Positions 1 to 8,540 of a DNA stretch of 43,338 nucleotides are shown in pieces. The translations under genes and the position numbers were made by a program. A model generated the notes under the pieces. It saw nothing but the letters and a program-made list of their open reading frames with translations, did not search any database and had not been told where the DNA came from. The stretch's first letter is position 1. Each line of letters starts with the position of its first letter. Source of the DNA: Armatimonadota bacterium (lineage in GTDB: Bacteria; Armatimonadota; Fimbriimonadia; Fimbriimonadales; GBS-DC); NCBI GenBank assembly GCA_040289385.1, contig PSLB01000001.1:1-43338 (forward strand), read 5' to 3'.

Positions 1-1631
1 CGGCGCAAAGGTGAGTAGTCGGTGAAAGCGAACATCCAAATCGTCAAAGCGATGATCAACAGCACGCCGATGATCGGCGAAAGCGGCGGCGACGATCCGT
101 TTTCTACCGATTCGTTTTGGTTGTTCCCATCGTCGCCAATGAACGCCAAGTTGCTATGCTTGTAGCTGTAGGCGAAATAGACGAGCAGACCGAAAGACAT
201 CCACAGGATCAAGCGCAGCCAAGTATCGAGCGGCAAACCGTTCATCAAGTAGGCGCTAGCGATCGCCGAGATGATCGGGAAGATCGGCGATAGCGGCACT
301 TTGAACGGGCGATGGAGCGTCGGGTTCGTGTAGCGCATGATGATCACGCCGAGCGAGACGATGACGAAAGCGAAGAGCGTGCCGATGCTCACCAGTTCGC
401 CCAAGATGCTGATGTTGACGAATCCGGCCATGGTCGCGACGATCGCGCCAGTGATCAGCGTTGTGACGTACGGCGTGCGGAATCGCGGATGCACTTTGGA
501 CGCCCACTTCGGCAGCAGCCCGTCACGCGACATCGAATAGAAGATGCGCGGTTGGCCCATGACCATAACGACCATGGTTGAACTCAACCCCATGACGGCG
601 CCAATTTTGACGATGGTCGGGAAAGTGGCCAGAAGCGGCGCGAAGAACGAGCCAGTCACTTGTGCTTGTCTGTAAGCGGCATCGATGGCCACGGCGATGG
701 GAGCCGGCACGCTCAGCTCTTTGTATGGGACTAGTCCAACCATCACGAAGGAGACGAGCACGTAGAGCACTGTACAGATGGCCAGACTGCCGATGATGCC
801 GATGGGCATATCGCGCGCCGGATTTTTCGCTTCCTGCGCAGCGGTTGACACGGCATCGAAGCCGATGTAAGCGAAGAAGATCACAGCCGCGCCAGTCAAG
901 ATGCCGCTCCAACCATAGGCGCCAAAGACCGGATTGCCGTTCGGATCGAGCGCTGGCGGCGGGATGAAAGGCTCGAAGTTGGCCATGTTGACGAATCCGA
1001 TGCCAGCCACGATGAAGAGCACGACGACCGAGGTTTTGACGATGACGATGAAGGAGTTGAAGTTGGCCGATTCCTTGATGCCTTTGACTAACAACAAGGT
1101 GACGAAGGTGGAGATCAGAAAAGCCGGCAGGTTGAAGATGGCTGTCACCTCGCCAGCGTCTGTTTTAACCACCGTCCCGGGCGCGGCGCTCAGGGCAGCG
1201 GGGAACTGAATGCCGAAATCTTTGAGCAGACTGACGACGTAGCCGGACCAGCCGACGGCGACCGTGGCGGCGCCAAAAGCGTACTCTAAGATCAAGTCCC
1301 AACCGATGATCCAGGCGACGAACTCGCCGAGCGTGGCGTAGCCATAAGCGTAAGCCGAACCGGAGATCGGCACCGTTGAAGCGAACTCCGAATAGCAGAA
1401 CGCGGCGAGCGCGCTGACCACACCGGCCAGCACCATCGACAAGACGACGGCTGGACCAGCGTGTTCGGCGGCAGCTTTGCCTGTGAGCACGAAGATGCCC
1501 GTCCCAATGATCGCCCCGATGCCAAGCATCGTGAGGCTCACGGGGCCGAGAGCGCGACGCAGCGTGTGTTCGCCCGTCTCCTGTGCCTCGGCGATGATCC
1601 GATCTACTGGCTTTGTCGCAAGTAACGACAT
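1..1631 (-). CDS. APC-superfamily amino acid permease (cationic amino acid transporter-like); C-terminal end runs off the left edge
   Basis: Absent from the ORF track because no stop lies inside the window. My own minus-strand translation from ATG 1631-1629 stays open to position 1: MSLLATKPVDRIIAEAQETGEHTLRRALGPVSLTMLGIGAIIGTGIFVLTGKAAAEHAGPAVVLSMVLAGVVSALAAFCYSEFAS... It has many hydrophobic spans. GIGAIIGTGIF and FCYSEFAS are typical APC/CAT permease motifs. Track ORFs between 256 and 1728 are out-of-frame shadows. Confidence 0.85.
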   Translation of the reverse strand, partial: MSLLATKPVDRIIAEAQETGEHTLRRALGPVSLTMLGIGAIIGTGIFVLTGKAAAEHAGPAVVLSMVLAGVVSALAAFCYSEFASTVPISGSAYAYGYATLGEFVAWIIGWDLILEYAFGAATVAVGWSGYVVSLLKDFGIQFPAALSAAPGTVVKTDAGEVTAIFNLPAFLISTFVTLLLVKGIKESANFNSFIVIVKTSVVVLFIVAGIGFVNMANFEPFIPPPALDPNGNPVFGAYGWSGILTGAAVIFFAYIGFDAVSTAAQEAKNPARDMPIGIIGSLAICTVLYVLVSFVMVGLVPYKELSVPAPIAVAIDAAYRQAQVTGSFFAPLLATFPTIVKIGAVMGLSSTMVVMVMGQPRIFYSMSRDGLLPKWASKVHPRFRTPYVTTLITGAIVATMAGFVNISILGELVSIGTLFAFVIVSLGVIIMRYTNPTLHRPFKVPLSPIFPIISAIASAYLMNGLPLDTWLRLILWMSFGLLVYFAYSYKHSNLAFIGDDGNNQNESVENGSSPPLSPIIGVLLIIALTIWMFAFTDYSPLR

Positions 1632-2218
1632 GTTTGTTCGAGGTCTTTCCGCACCAGTTGCTGGACGGCACTGGCGAACGCATCGCGCTGCGCGTGGATC
1701 TCCACAAGGTCTTTGGTGGCAGCGACACTGCGCAACGCCGAGACCAGCTTTTCGAACACCAGCGCGGACACCGACTGTGCGTTCACCGATTTGTCGCCCA
1801 GCGAGCGTGCGGCGTTCAGCACCGATTCCGTATCGGGCTGAACTTTGATGTAGAACTCTGCCTTCACATCGACACGCAGGTTATCGCGGGTAATCAGCGC
1901 GTCGGGGCCTTTGCGCTCCACCTCCAACTTCATCGTCTCTAAGGAGACGGGAACCTTCTCGTGCAAGAAGGGGATATAGACCCGGCTCCCGTCGATGGCG
2001 ACGCGTCGTCCCACAAGACCTGTGATCACATAAGCGAGGTTTGCGGAGGGTCGCAGGAGCCAGTGGCGTATCAGCCATAGGACGCCCCCTACCAGGAACA
2101 GGATGAGCCCTAGCCCGCCGACGATGGTCGCTTGACCCGCTGTGAGGGAACCAGCTATCTGCCCGTAGAGGGCATAGCCCGTCAACACCAACCCGATTAT
2201 CATCATCAGCTGTATCAT
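1604..2218 (-). CDS. SPFH/band-7 flotillin-like protein, apparently truncated to about 200 aa (possible pseudogene)
   Basis: The 204-aa ORF has an N-terminal hydrophobic anchor (MIQLMMIIGLVLTGYALYG) followed by an SPFH core (ITRDNLRVDVKAEFYIKV, IHAQRDAFASAVQQLVRKDLEQ) like FloT/YqiK. Homology stops at DLEQ, where flotillins continue MGLxxVSF. The gene sits directly downstream of an NfeD/YqiJ-like gene. Confidence 0.6.
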   Translation of the reverse strand: MIQLMMIIGLVLTGYALYGQIAGSLTAGQATIVGGLGLILFLVGGVLWLIRHWLLRPSANLAYVITGLVGRRVAIDGSRVYIPFLHEKVPVSLETMKLEVERKGPDALITRDNLRVDVKAEFYIKVQPDTESVLNAARSLGDKSVNAQSVSALVFEKLVSALRSVAATKDLVEIHAQRDAFASAVQQLVRKDLEQTCRYLRQSQ

Positions 2219-2230
2219 CGTTAAACCTCC

Positions 2231-2959
2231 TCAATGGGTCTGTCCCCCAATTTGGGTTTGTTCTGACTTCCGAGGTTCCTGCAGAGGCGTAGCAGCAGGC
2301 TCAAGTGCAAAGGGGCACACCGCCACCAATAAACTACCGCTGTCTTCATTATACCCCACATTATACCCCACAACAATTAACTCGGTTCCTGCTGGGATAG
2401 TTGGGTGCCCAGGGTGGGTGCGACATGCGATCCGATGAATGTCTCCCGTTTTGGAACGCACATTCGCCGTGCCCTCATGTTCAGTGATTTCGAAGACCGC
2501 ATAGCCCGTACAGCCGATAAGGTCATGACGGGTCGGAGCAGGGGTCTCGTCGAGGATGCCAGTTCGGCGGACAAGGAAGGTCGCAAAGCGCCCCATCAGA
2601 ATCATTGCGCCTAAGCCTGCTGCTACCGAGATAGGGAAGTAGAAAACAGGCTGTTTCAGCAGCGGTGCCAGCATGTGATTGGTGGTCAGGCCAGCAAGTC
2701 CCCATGCCATCATGAGCGTCGGGATGAGCAGGGTTAGAGGCACCCCCATACCGATTCCGAACCAGTGGAAAATATGGCTCCAAAGCGAATCGGAGTGATC
2801 GGGATCGTCCGCGCTAGTGTCGTCTGCATGGGTGTCTGCTCCTCCGACATCGACCAGCCCCCCCAGTACAAACCCCACGCCGAGCAGAAGTCCCACGCCG
2901 AACGGGAGCGCGAAAATCAAGTTCCACCACTCCATCAGGCTTGACCACAACACCGTCAT
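2231..2959 (-). CDS. NfeD/YqiJ-like membrane protein (flotillin partner)
   Basis: I trimmed track ORF 2231..3403 to the internal ATG at 2959-2957, because the longer form would overlap the divergent ABC gene. A minus-strand TATAAT at 2977-2972 lies 12 nt upstream. The product MTVLWSSLMEWWNLIFALPFGVGLLLG... has several TM spans, an acidic loop and a beta-rich C-terminus (GCTGYAVFEITEHEGTANVRSKTGDIHRIAC...ELIVVGYN) typical of NfeD/YqiJ. Confidence 0.65.
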   Translation of the reverse strand: MTVLWSSLMEWWNLIFALPFGVGLLLGVGFVLGGLVDVGGADTHADDTSADDPDHSDSLWSHIFHWFGIGMGVPLTLLIPTLMMAWGLAGLTTNHMLAPLLKQPVFYFPISVAAGLGAMILMGRFATFLVRRTGILDETPAPTRHDLIGCTGYAVFEITEHEGTANVRSKTGDIHRIACRTHPGHPTIPAGTELIVVGYNVGYNEDSGSLLVAVCPFALEPAATPLQEPRKSEQTQIGGQTH

Positions 2960-3024
2960 TACCTCATTGATATTATACCCCTTAATACGGAACCTCTGGA
3001 CAGAAGGTTTGACACAACGAGGGG

Positions 3025-3030
3025 TATAAT
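3025..3030 (+). promoter_or_regulatory. -10 box (TATAAT) 8 nt upstream of the ABC exporter ATG; candidate leaderless promoter
   Basis: The sequence reads ggggTATAATaaggaataATG. There is no convincing SD at normal spacing. Confidence 0.4.
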
Positions 3031-3038
3031 AAGGAATA

Positions 3039-5330
3039 ATGGACAGCACGGATAGACGCCTGCCACGGGAGGTGCGTGCAGTCGTCGAAAAAGCAATTGG
3101 GGCGGCACGGATCGATCTCGCCTTCGCCTCCGATCTGTCGCCTGAAGGTCGCTTCGGCGAGAGTTGGCTGGTCTTAACCGATACCGCAATCGTTACCCTG
3201 CGTGTGAACTGTTCGTTGAGCGAACCCAGCACCAGTGCCCGCCTGCCATGGCTACGCAAAAACGGCGCGAACGGGAATGGGCACGAGTTGGTCTCCCCTG
3301 AGATTGTACAGACAGTATCCCTAAGCGATTTAGAGTCGGTGCGGATCCGCCAGTTGGTGGGGGCTTCTGCTTTAGAGGTGCGCCTGACCGATGGCAGAAT
3401 CATCGAATTGATTCGTTACAGCAGTGCGCTAGCGAACCTGTTCGGTCAGGTCAAGCTCCGTCTGGAGGCGATCTTGCGCGGTGATGAGCCCTCTCCAATC
3501 GAGCGCAAGCAGGCAGTATGCGAGCGATGTGGGCGCCCCATTCCAGAGGATGTGCTCTCGTGCCCCGCCTGCCGCTCACAGGGGCAGGTGTTGGTTCGCT
3601 TGCTAAAGATGGTGCGCCCCTACTGGCGCTATATGTTTCTCGGCTCGGTGCTGGCGATGCTGAGTGCGGGTATCGAACTGGCACCGCCGTATCTGACCAA
3701 AATCCTAATCGACGAAGTGCTGGTTCCCCGTACGAACGTCCACCTGTTTGTGTGGCTGTTGCTCACCCTGATGGGTGTTCGCCTTGCGGGAACCCTCATC
3801 AATATCGGGCGCGGACGCCTCAATGCTTGGCTGGGGAGCCGAATCTCGTTCGAACTGCGTTCCAAGCTGTACGAGCATCTGAATTGGCTCTCGCTCAGCT
3901 ACTTCGACCGTCGGCAGACTGGGTCTATTATGAGCCGAGTCACGCGCGATACCGACGCGCTTTACGACTTTCTGGTCAACAGTGCGCCGGCCATCACGCT
4001 CAACCTATTGATGATCCTCGGTATCGCGACGGTTATGGTGATGATGGACTGGAGGCTGAGCCTATTGGTGTTGATTCCGGCGCCGTTTATTATGTGGGCG
4101 TCGCGCTATGCGTGGCGCCGCGTGATTCGGGTGTGGCGTCAGCACTGGCACCGCTGGTCGCGCCTAACCGCTCATCTGGGGGGAACCCTTTCGGGCATTC
4201 GTGAGGTGAAAGCCTTCACCCAAGAGGAGCGGGAGATGCGTAAGTTTGACCAGCGCAACTTCGAAATCGCCGAGACGGGGATGATTGCGGGCAAGATCAG
4301 CGCCAGTGTCCTCCCGCTCATCTCGTTTTTGGTGATGTCCAGTTCGTTCGTCATCTGGTATGTCGGTGGGCGTGGCGTGCTGGAAGGCACCTTCGAACTG
4401 GGGAAGCTGGTGGCGTTCCTTGCTTACATCGGGATGCTCTTCGGACCGCTGAGCATTATCACGAACATTATGGACTGGGCCTCGCGCACGGTGACCGCTG
4501 CCGAGCGTGTGTTCGAGGTGTTGGATACCGAACCCGAAGTGCGCGATCTGCCTGATGCCCAGCCCCTGAACACCGTCAAAGGCGAAATCGTGTTCGAGAA
4601 TGTCTCGTTCGGCTATGAGAAGCACCATCTGGTGCTCCATGGGATTAACCTGCACATCCGTCCGGGTGAAATGGTTGGACTGGTCGGTCCGTCGGGTTCG
4701 GGCAAGACAACGCTCATCCACCTCATCTGCCGATTCTACGACCCCACGCACGGGAGAATCTTATTAGACGGCAAAGATTTGCGCTCGATTCGCATGCAGG
4801 ATTTGCGCCAGCATATCGGCGTCGTGCTACAGGACACCTTCCTGTTTCCCGGCACGATTCGTGAGAACATTGCTTATGCCCGCCCCGACGCCACGATGGA
4901 GGAGATTATCATCGCCGCCAAGGCGGCTAATGCGCATGAGTTCATTATGCGCTTCCCCGATGGCTACGACACTTGGGTCGGGGAGCGGGGGCATCGGCTT
5001 TCAGGGGGCGAGCGCCAACGCATAGCGATTGCACGCGCAATCCTGCGCAATCCGCAGATCCTGATTCTCGACGAAGCGACCGCCTCCGTCGATACCGAGA
5101 CCGAGCAGTTGATTCAGGAGGCGTTGGAGCGACTGGTACAAAACCGCACCACCATCGCCATTGCGCACCGCCTCTCGACCCTGCGGAATGCTGACCGCAT
5201 CGTGGTGTTGGAGCGTGGACGCATCGTTGAAGTCGGTACCCACGACGAGCTAATGGCACGCGAGGGCACTTACCACCGCCTTGTGACGACGCAGAGGGAG
5301 CTCAGCAAGTCGCGCCTGTTCGTGGGATAG
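3039..5330 (+). CDS. ABC transporter, fused permease/ATPase (type I exporter, MsbA-like) with an extra N-terminal cytoplasmic domain of about 185 aa
   Basis: The 763-aa ORF carries Walker A GPSGSGKTT, signature LSGGERQRIAIARA, Walker B ILILDEATASVD and H-loop IAHRLST. A six-TM exporter domain precedes these motifs. The N-terminus carries a soluble domain ending in CERCGRPIPEDVLSCPAC (CxxC-x10-CxxC). Confidence 0.9.
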   Translation: MDSTDRRLPREVRAVVEKAIGAARIDLAFASDLSPEGRFGESWLVLTDTAIVTLRVNCSLSEPSTSARLPWLRKNGANGNGHELVSPEIVQTVSLSDLESVRIRQLVGASALEVRLTDGRIIELIRYSSALANLFGQVKLRLEAILRGDEPSPIERKQAVCERCGRPIPEDVLSCPACRSQGQVLVRLLKMVRPYWRYMFLGSVLAMLSAGIELAPPYLTKILIDEVLVPRTNVHLFVWLLLTLMGVRLAGTLINIGRGRLNAWLGSRISFELRSKLYEHLNWLSLSYFDRRQTGSIMSRVTRDTDALYDFLVNSAPAITLNLLMILGIATVMVMMDWRLSLLVLIPAPFIMWASRYAWRRVIRVWRQHWHRWSRLTAHLGGTLSGIREVKAFTQEEREMRKFDQRNFEIAETGMIAGKISASVLPLISFLVMSSSFVIWYVGGRGVLEGTFELGKLVAFLAYIGMLFGPLSIITNIMDWASRTVTAAERVFEVLDTEPEVRDLPDAQPLNTVKGEIVFENVSFGYEKHHLVLHGINLHIRPGEMVGLVGPSGSGKTTLIHLICRFYDPTHGRILLDGKDLRSIRMQDLRQHIGVVLQDTFLFPGTIRENIAYARPDATMEEIIIAAKAANAHEFIMRFPDGYDTWVGERGHRLSGGERQRIAIARAILRNPQILILDEATASVDTETEQLIQEALERLVQNRTTIAIAHRLSTLRNADRIVVLERGRIVEVGTHDELMAREGTYHRLVTTQRELSKSRLFVG

Positions 5331-5336
5331 CCTCCC

Positions 5337-6734
5337 TTACCCGATTGTTGGTAATAGCCCTACAGGATCCAACGTGCGCTTGAGCGATTCCATCAGGCGA
5401 CGCTCCCCAGAGCTCAAGGGCAGGGGAGGTAAAGGGGCGCGCGCTTCCGAAGGCCAGCTCCAGACGCGCCAGCGAAAGGCACAGTGGCGCAACCGCTCTT
5501 GCAAAAACGCCCCAGGCTCCGCATGCTCACACCATAAGTAAACAACCCCACTGCCCGCATGGGCCAGCATCGAAATGCCCGGGCGCGCCCACCGCATCAT
5601 CACTTCTGCCACCTCGTTCGGGCGCATCAACAACTGGAGCATAAAGCGATGCCGACGCGGACATAGCAGGAAGGTCTGATACTCCAGAAAGGCATTGTCT
5701 ATCGGCTGAAGCGGATACCCCTGCGAACGGAGCCACTCTATCTGCCAGTGCACCCCCGATGGAAGCCCCGAAAACTCCAACACAATCAGCGGGCGCGACG
5801 GGGTGTGCGAATTCACAACGGCCCTCTCGGTCTCTGGGTGAGTCTCGTCCGTCGCCTCATAGACGATAGGCGGAGGCAACTCCACCACCCCTGCTGGAGG
5901 CGCGAACGCATTAGAGGAGACCTTGTGATGTGTCTGTTCGCGTGGAAAGCGCGGCTCAATAGCCCGCTCATGCGCAGAGACCGCATAAGTCTCCTCGAAG
6001 CGCTCTTGCGGAATCACCAGCACGCTGAGCCCGTCGGGCTGAAGGGGCGCCCGCATCAGCTCTGCCAGAGTCGGCTCTAACAGATCCCACTCACAGAACC
6101 AGCCCACCGCCTTGAACATAGGGGGGAGCGGGGCGACCTTCAGCGTGATTTCGGTCAGCGCCGCCAGCGTGCCCCACGAACCACACAGCAGGCGGTGGAT
6201 GTCGTAGCCCGCCACACTTTTGACGACCTTCGCACCGCTGCAAAACGCCACTCCATCCCCGCGCACCGCCCGTACCTGCAGGAGCCGATCGCGAGGCGTG
6301 CCATACCGATAGCGCCATGAACCCGATCGATTGCCTGCCACAATGCCCCCGATCGTTGCCTCCTCCGAAGGCGCGATGTTCCATGGGAGATACTGCCCGT
6401 GCGTGCGCAGAAGATGCTGAACCTCCTGGAGGGTCGTCCCCGCGCGTACCGTGAGCACCAAATCATCAGGCGAATAGTCCACAATCCCGCGCAGGCGTCG
6501 GGTGCTTAGAAGCCACCATAGCGTTGGAGGCGGAGTGAGAACCGTGAGGGCAGTCGCCCCGCCTGCCACCAGAAAGGGGAACCGATGGCCACCCGCATAG
6601 GCAATTAGCGAAGCCACCTCCTGCTCGCTTTGAGGCGCTACCACTGTTTGTGGGCGTTGCGCATCCAAACAGTAGGGCGGTTCCACAGGCAGGATACCCT
6701 CACTGCCAACAATTGCGTGTAGTCCTTCAACCAT
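5337..6734 (-). CDS. FAD-binding oxidoreductase, GlcE-like (glycolate oxidase subunit family)
   Basis: PCMH-type FAD-binding features are present: VVAPQSEQEVASLIAYA, VAGGATAL, IVDYSPDDLVLTVRAGTTLQEVQ, ATIGGIVAGN, GTPRDRLLQVRAVRGDG, VAGYDIHRLLCGSWGTLAALTEITLKV. The start is taken at ATG 6734. The track start at 6761 is also possible. Confidence 0.8.
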   Translation of the reverse strand: MVEGLHAIVGSEGILPVEPPYCLDAQRPQTVVAPQSEQEVASLIAYAGGHRFPFLVAGGATALTVLTPPPTLWWLLSTRRLRGIVDYSPDDLVLTVRAGTTLQEVQHLLRTHGQYLPWNIAPSEEATIGGIVAGNRSGSWRYRYGTPRDRLLQVRAVRGDGVAFCSGAKVVKSVAGYDIHRLLCGSWGTLAALTEITLKVAPLPPMFKAVGWFCEWDLLEPTLAELMRAPLQPDGLSVLVIPQERFEETYAVSAHERAIEPRFPREQTHHKVSSNAFAPPAGVVELPPPIVYEATDETHPETERAVVNSHTPSRPLIVLEFSGLPSGVHWQIEWLRSQGYPLQPIDNAFLEYQTFLLCPRRHRFMLQLLMRPNEVAEVMMRWARPGISMLAHAGSGVVYLWCEHAEPGAFLQERLRHCAFRWRVWSWPSEARAPLPPLPLSSGERRLMESLKRTLDPVGLLPTIG

Positions 6735-7791
6735 CGTTGTCGAGCATCTGGTGCAGGGCAACGCCCAGCCCTGGCGATTCGCTGGGCACGATTCTCCCTT
6801 CGTTCAACACGGCTCCCACAAACGGGTCGTCCAACAGGTTCAGGTGGCTGTCTAGATCCAGATGGTCTGCCAAGGGGCTAATGTGGGCGCCCGCTGTAAT
6901 GGCTAAACTGCTGTCTGAGTAGCACCCATACATCACTTGGAGACCGAGGGCGCGTGCGGTATGCACCATTCGTAGCGCCTCGCTGATGCCCCCACACTTC
7001 ATGAGCTTTATGTTGATGCCGTGCACGCAATCGGCGAGTCGCACCACATCTTGGGTATCGAAGCAACTTTCATCTACGAAGATGGGCAAGGGTGATCGGC
7101 GGTAAAGCTCGTGGAGTTGGTCTTCTTGTCCGCTTGGGAGGGGCTGTTCGATATATTCTACCCCGCGCCCAGCGAGCCAATGGGTCATCGTGAGAGCCGT
7201 TTGTAGGTTCCAGCCGCCGTTGGCGTCGACTCGCAGGGCAACGGTGGAGGGGGTCGCGTCGCGCACTGCCTCGAACATCGTCTGGTCCGCCTCGATCCCA
7301 TCGGGGCTCCCCAGCTTAATTTTTAGGGCGCGCGCGTGGGTCAGCTCCAGCCAGTCGCGTACACGTTGGCGGGCGACATCGGGCGGATTGATCCCAATCG
7401 TCACCGAAGTGGTCACAATCGCCGTGCGATCCAACCCCAAAATCTGCCATACAGCCAGCCCCGCGCGTTTGCCCAGCCAGTCCCATAAAGCGAGGTCGAT
7501 GGCACAACGCACTGCAGAGGGGATACGGTTCTCAAGCAGAGCGCGCTCAACTTGGGTACGCTGGAGGGGATGGTAAGACTCCAGCAAAGAGCGTGCCTGT
7601 TCCAGCCCGTTCAGAAGGGTTTCGGTGGTCTGGCGGTGGTCGCCGATGCTGAAGGGAACGGCTTCGCCCCAACCCTCAATCCCATCGCTTACGACGCGCA
7701 CCCAAACATTTTGGGTCTGTGCAGTGGTGCCGCGACTGATAGTGAGCGGGAACCGCTTATTGACCGTGAAGGCGCTCCATGCCAGTTGCAT
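6727..7791 (-). CDS. dipeptide epimerase (L-Ala-D/L-Glu epimerase-like, enolase superfamily)
   Basis: The 354-aa ORF has the N-terminal capping-domain pattern FPLTISRGTTAQTQNVWVRV..DGIEGWGEA. Barrel motifs follow: KIKLG, LRVDANGGW, IEQPL, IFVDES, INIKLMKCGG. Confidence 0.85.
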   Translation of the reverse strand: MQLAWSAFTVNKRFPLTISRGTTAQTQNVWVRVVSDGIEGWGEAVPFSIGDHRQTTETLLNGLEQARSLLESYHPLQRTQVERALLENRIPSAVRCAIDLALWDWLGKRAGLAVWQILGLDRTAIVTTSVTIGINPPDVARQRVRDWLELTHARALKIKLGSPDGIEADQTMFEAVRDATPSTVALRVDANGGWNLQTALTMTHWLAGRGVEYIEQPLPSGQEDQLHELYRRSPLPIFVDESCFDTQDVVRLADCVHGINIKLMKCGGISEALRMVHTARALGLQVMYGCYSDSSLAITAGAHISPLADHLDLDSHLNLLDDPFVGAVLNEGRIVPSESPGLGVALHQMLDNDG

Positions 7792-7811
7792 AAGCGTTGG
7801 GCTTCGCCGAG

Positions 7812-7840
7812 TTGGGTGGCTTTCCTGCTGGCGGTATAAT
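7812..7840 (+). promoter_or_regulatory. sigma70-type promoter for tRNA-Arg
   Basis: TTGGGT (7812-7817), a 17-nt spacer and TATAAT (7835-7840). The tRNA 5' end lies 10 nt downstream. Confidence 0.55.
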
Positions 7841-7849
7841 ATTCGGCGC

Positions 7850-7925
7850 GCCCCCGTAGCTCAATGGATAGAGCAGCGGCCTTCTAAGCCGTTGGTTGTG
7901 GGTTCGAGTCCCGCCGGGGGCGCCA
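7850..7925 (+). tRNA. tRNA-Arg (anticodon UCU), CCA encoded
   Basis: Hand-folded cloverleaf: GCCCCCG-TA-GCTC-AATGGATA-GAGC-A-GCGGC-CTTCTAA-GCCGT-TGGTT-GTGGG-TTCGAGT-CCCGC-CGGGGGC-G-CCA. It is 76 nt long and has the TTCGA T-loop. Confidence 0.9.
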
Positions 7926-7950
7926 TCCGTCTAGTACAATTCTCTTTGCG

Positions 7951-8442
7951 ATGCGCAAACTCTCCATCGTTGGCACGTCGACTGAGGCGTTGCGGGCGTG
8001 GGTCACCGAATCGTTGAACGAGCCTGCCTATCGCGGGAATCAGATTGCCGATCGGGTCTACTGCAAGGCGGTCGACTCGTTTGAGTCGATGACCAACCTG
8101 CCTGCTTCCCTGCGTGCCCGTCTGGCGGAGTGTGCTGTTGTCTCCCCGAACCAGATAGACCTTATTCAGCGGTCGGAGGATGGGGTCCAGAAGTGTCTTC
8201 TCAAACTGGCAGATGGGAACGAGGTGGAATGCGTGCTGCTGCCCTATGCAGATCGGGTGTCGGTGTGCTTGTCGACGCAGGTGGGGTGTGCGATGGGATG
8301 TCGGTTCTGTGCAACGGCGCAGGGGAGCTACACGCGCCATCTTACGGCTGGGGAGATTGTGGACCAGCTTTTGCACCTTCAGCGGCTCAGTGCAGAGCGC
8401 ATCACCCATGTGGTGCTGATGGGAATGGGCGAGCCGTTTTGA
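7951..8442 (+). pseudogene. rlmN: rlmN 5' remnant (radical SAM 23S rRNA/tRNA m2A methyltransferase, residues about 1-163)
   Basis: YRGNQIADRVY, the radical SAM motif CAMGCRFC and VVLMGMGEP are present. The frame then hits TGA at 8440-8442 and homology is lost. Confidence 0.85.
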
Positions 8443-8471
8443 GGTCACAGGACGACGCGTTACCAAAAAGT

Positions 8472-8518
8472 CCGCCGCTGAAGGCCCCGGCTTTTAAGCC
8501 TGGGGATGAAAGCGGCGG
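8472..8518 (+). repeat. left-end (LE) nested hairpin of the IS
   Basis: An outer 8-bp perfect stem (ccgccgct 8472-8479 with agcggcgg 8511-8518) encloses the inner imperfect palindrome CCCCGGCTTTTAAGCCtGGGG (8485-8505). Confidence 0.7.
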
Positions 8519-8525
8519 CCAGGTA

Positions 8526-8534
8526 TGCTAAAAT
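8526..8534 (+). promoter_or_regulatory. extended -10 (TGcTAAAAT) inside LE, 6 nt upstream of the tnpB ATG
   Basis: The sequence reads ggtaTGcTAAAATggaagcATG. No SD is present, so the tnpB mRNA is a leaderless candidate. Confidence 0.4.
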
Positions 8535-8540
8535 GGAAGC

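Noticed and set aside
256-1728. Track ORFs on both strands within the permease region (for example 523..912 and 1165..1728).
   Set aside because: These are out-of-frame or antisense to a continuous, motif-bearing permease frame that the track omitted because it has no in-window stop.
2960-3403. The N-terminal 148 codons of track ORF 2231..3403.
   Set aside because: This extension would run through the divergent promoter region and 365 nt of the ABC exporter gene. It is low-complexity. The NfeD-like sequence begins at the internal ATG 2959.
7625-8466. ORF 7625..8017 (+) and ORF 7861..8466 (-), both overlapping tRNA-Arg and rlmN.
   Set aside because: They read through a tRNA gene and through the radical-SAM gene out of frame or antisense. 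Their translations are low-complexity.
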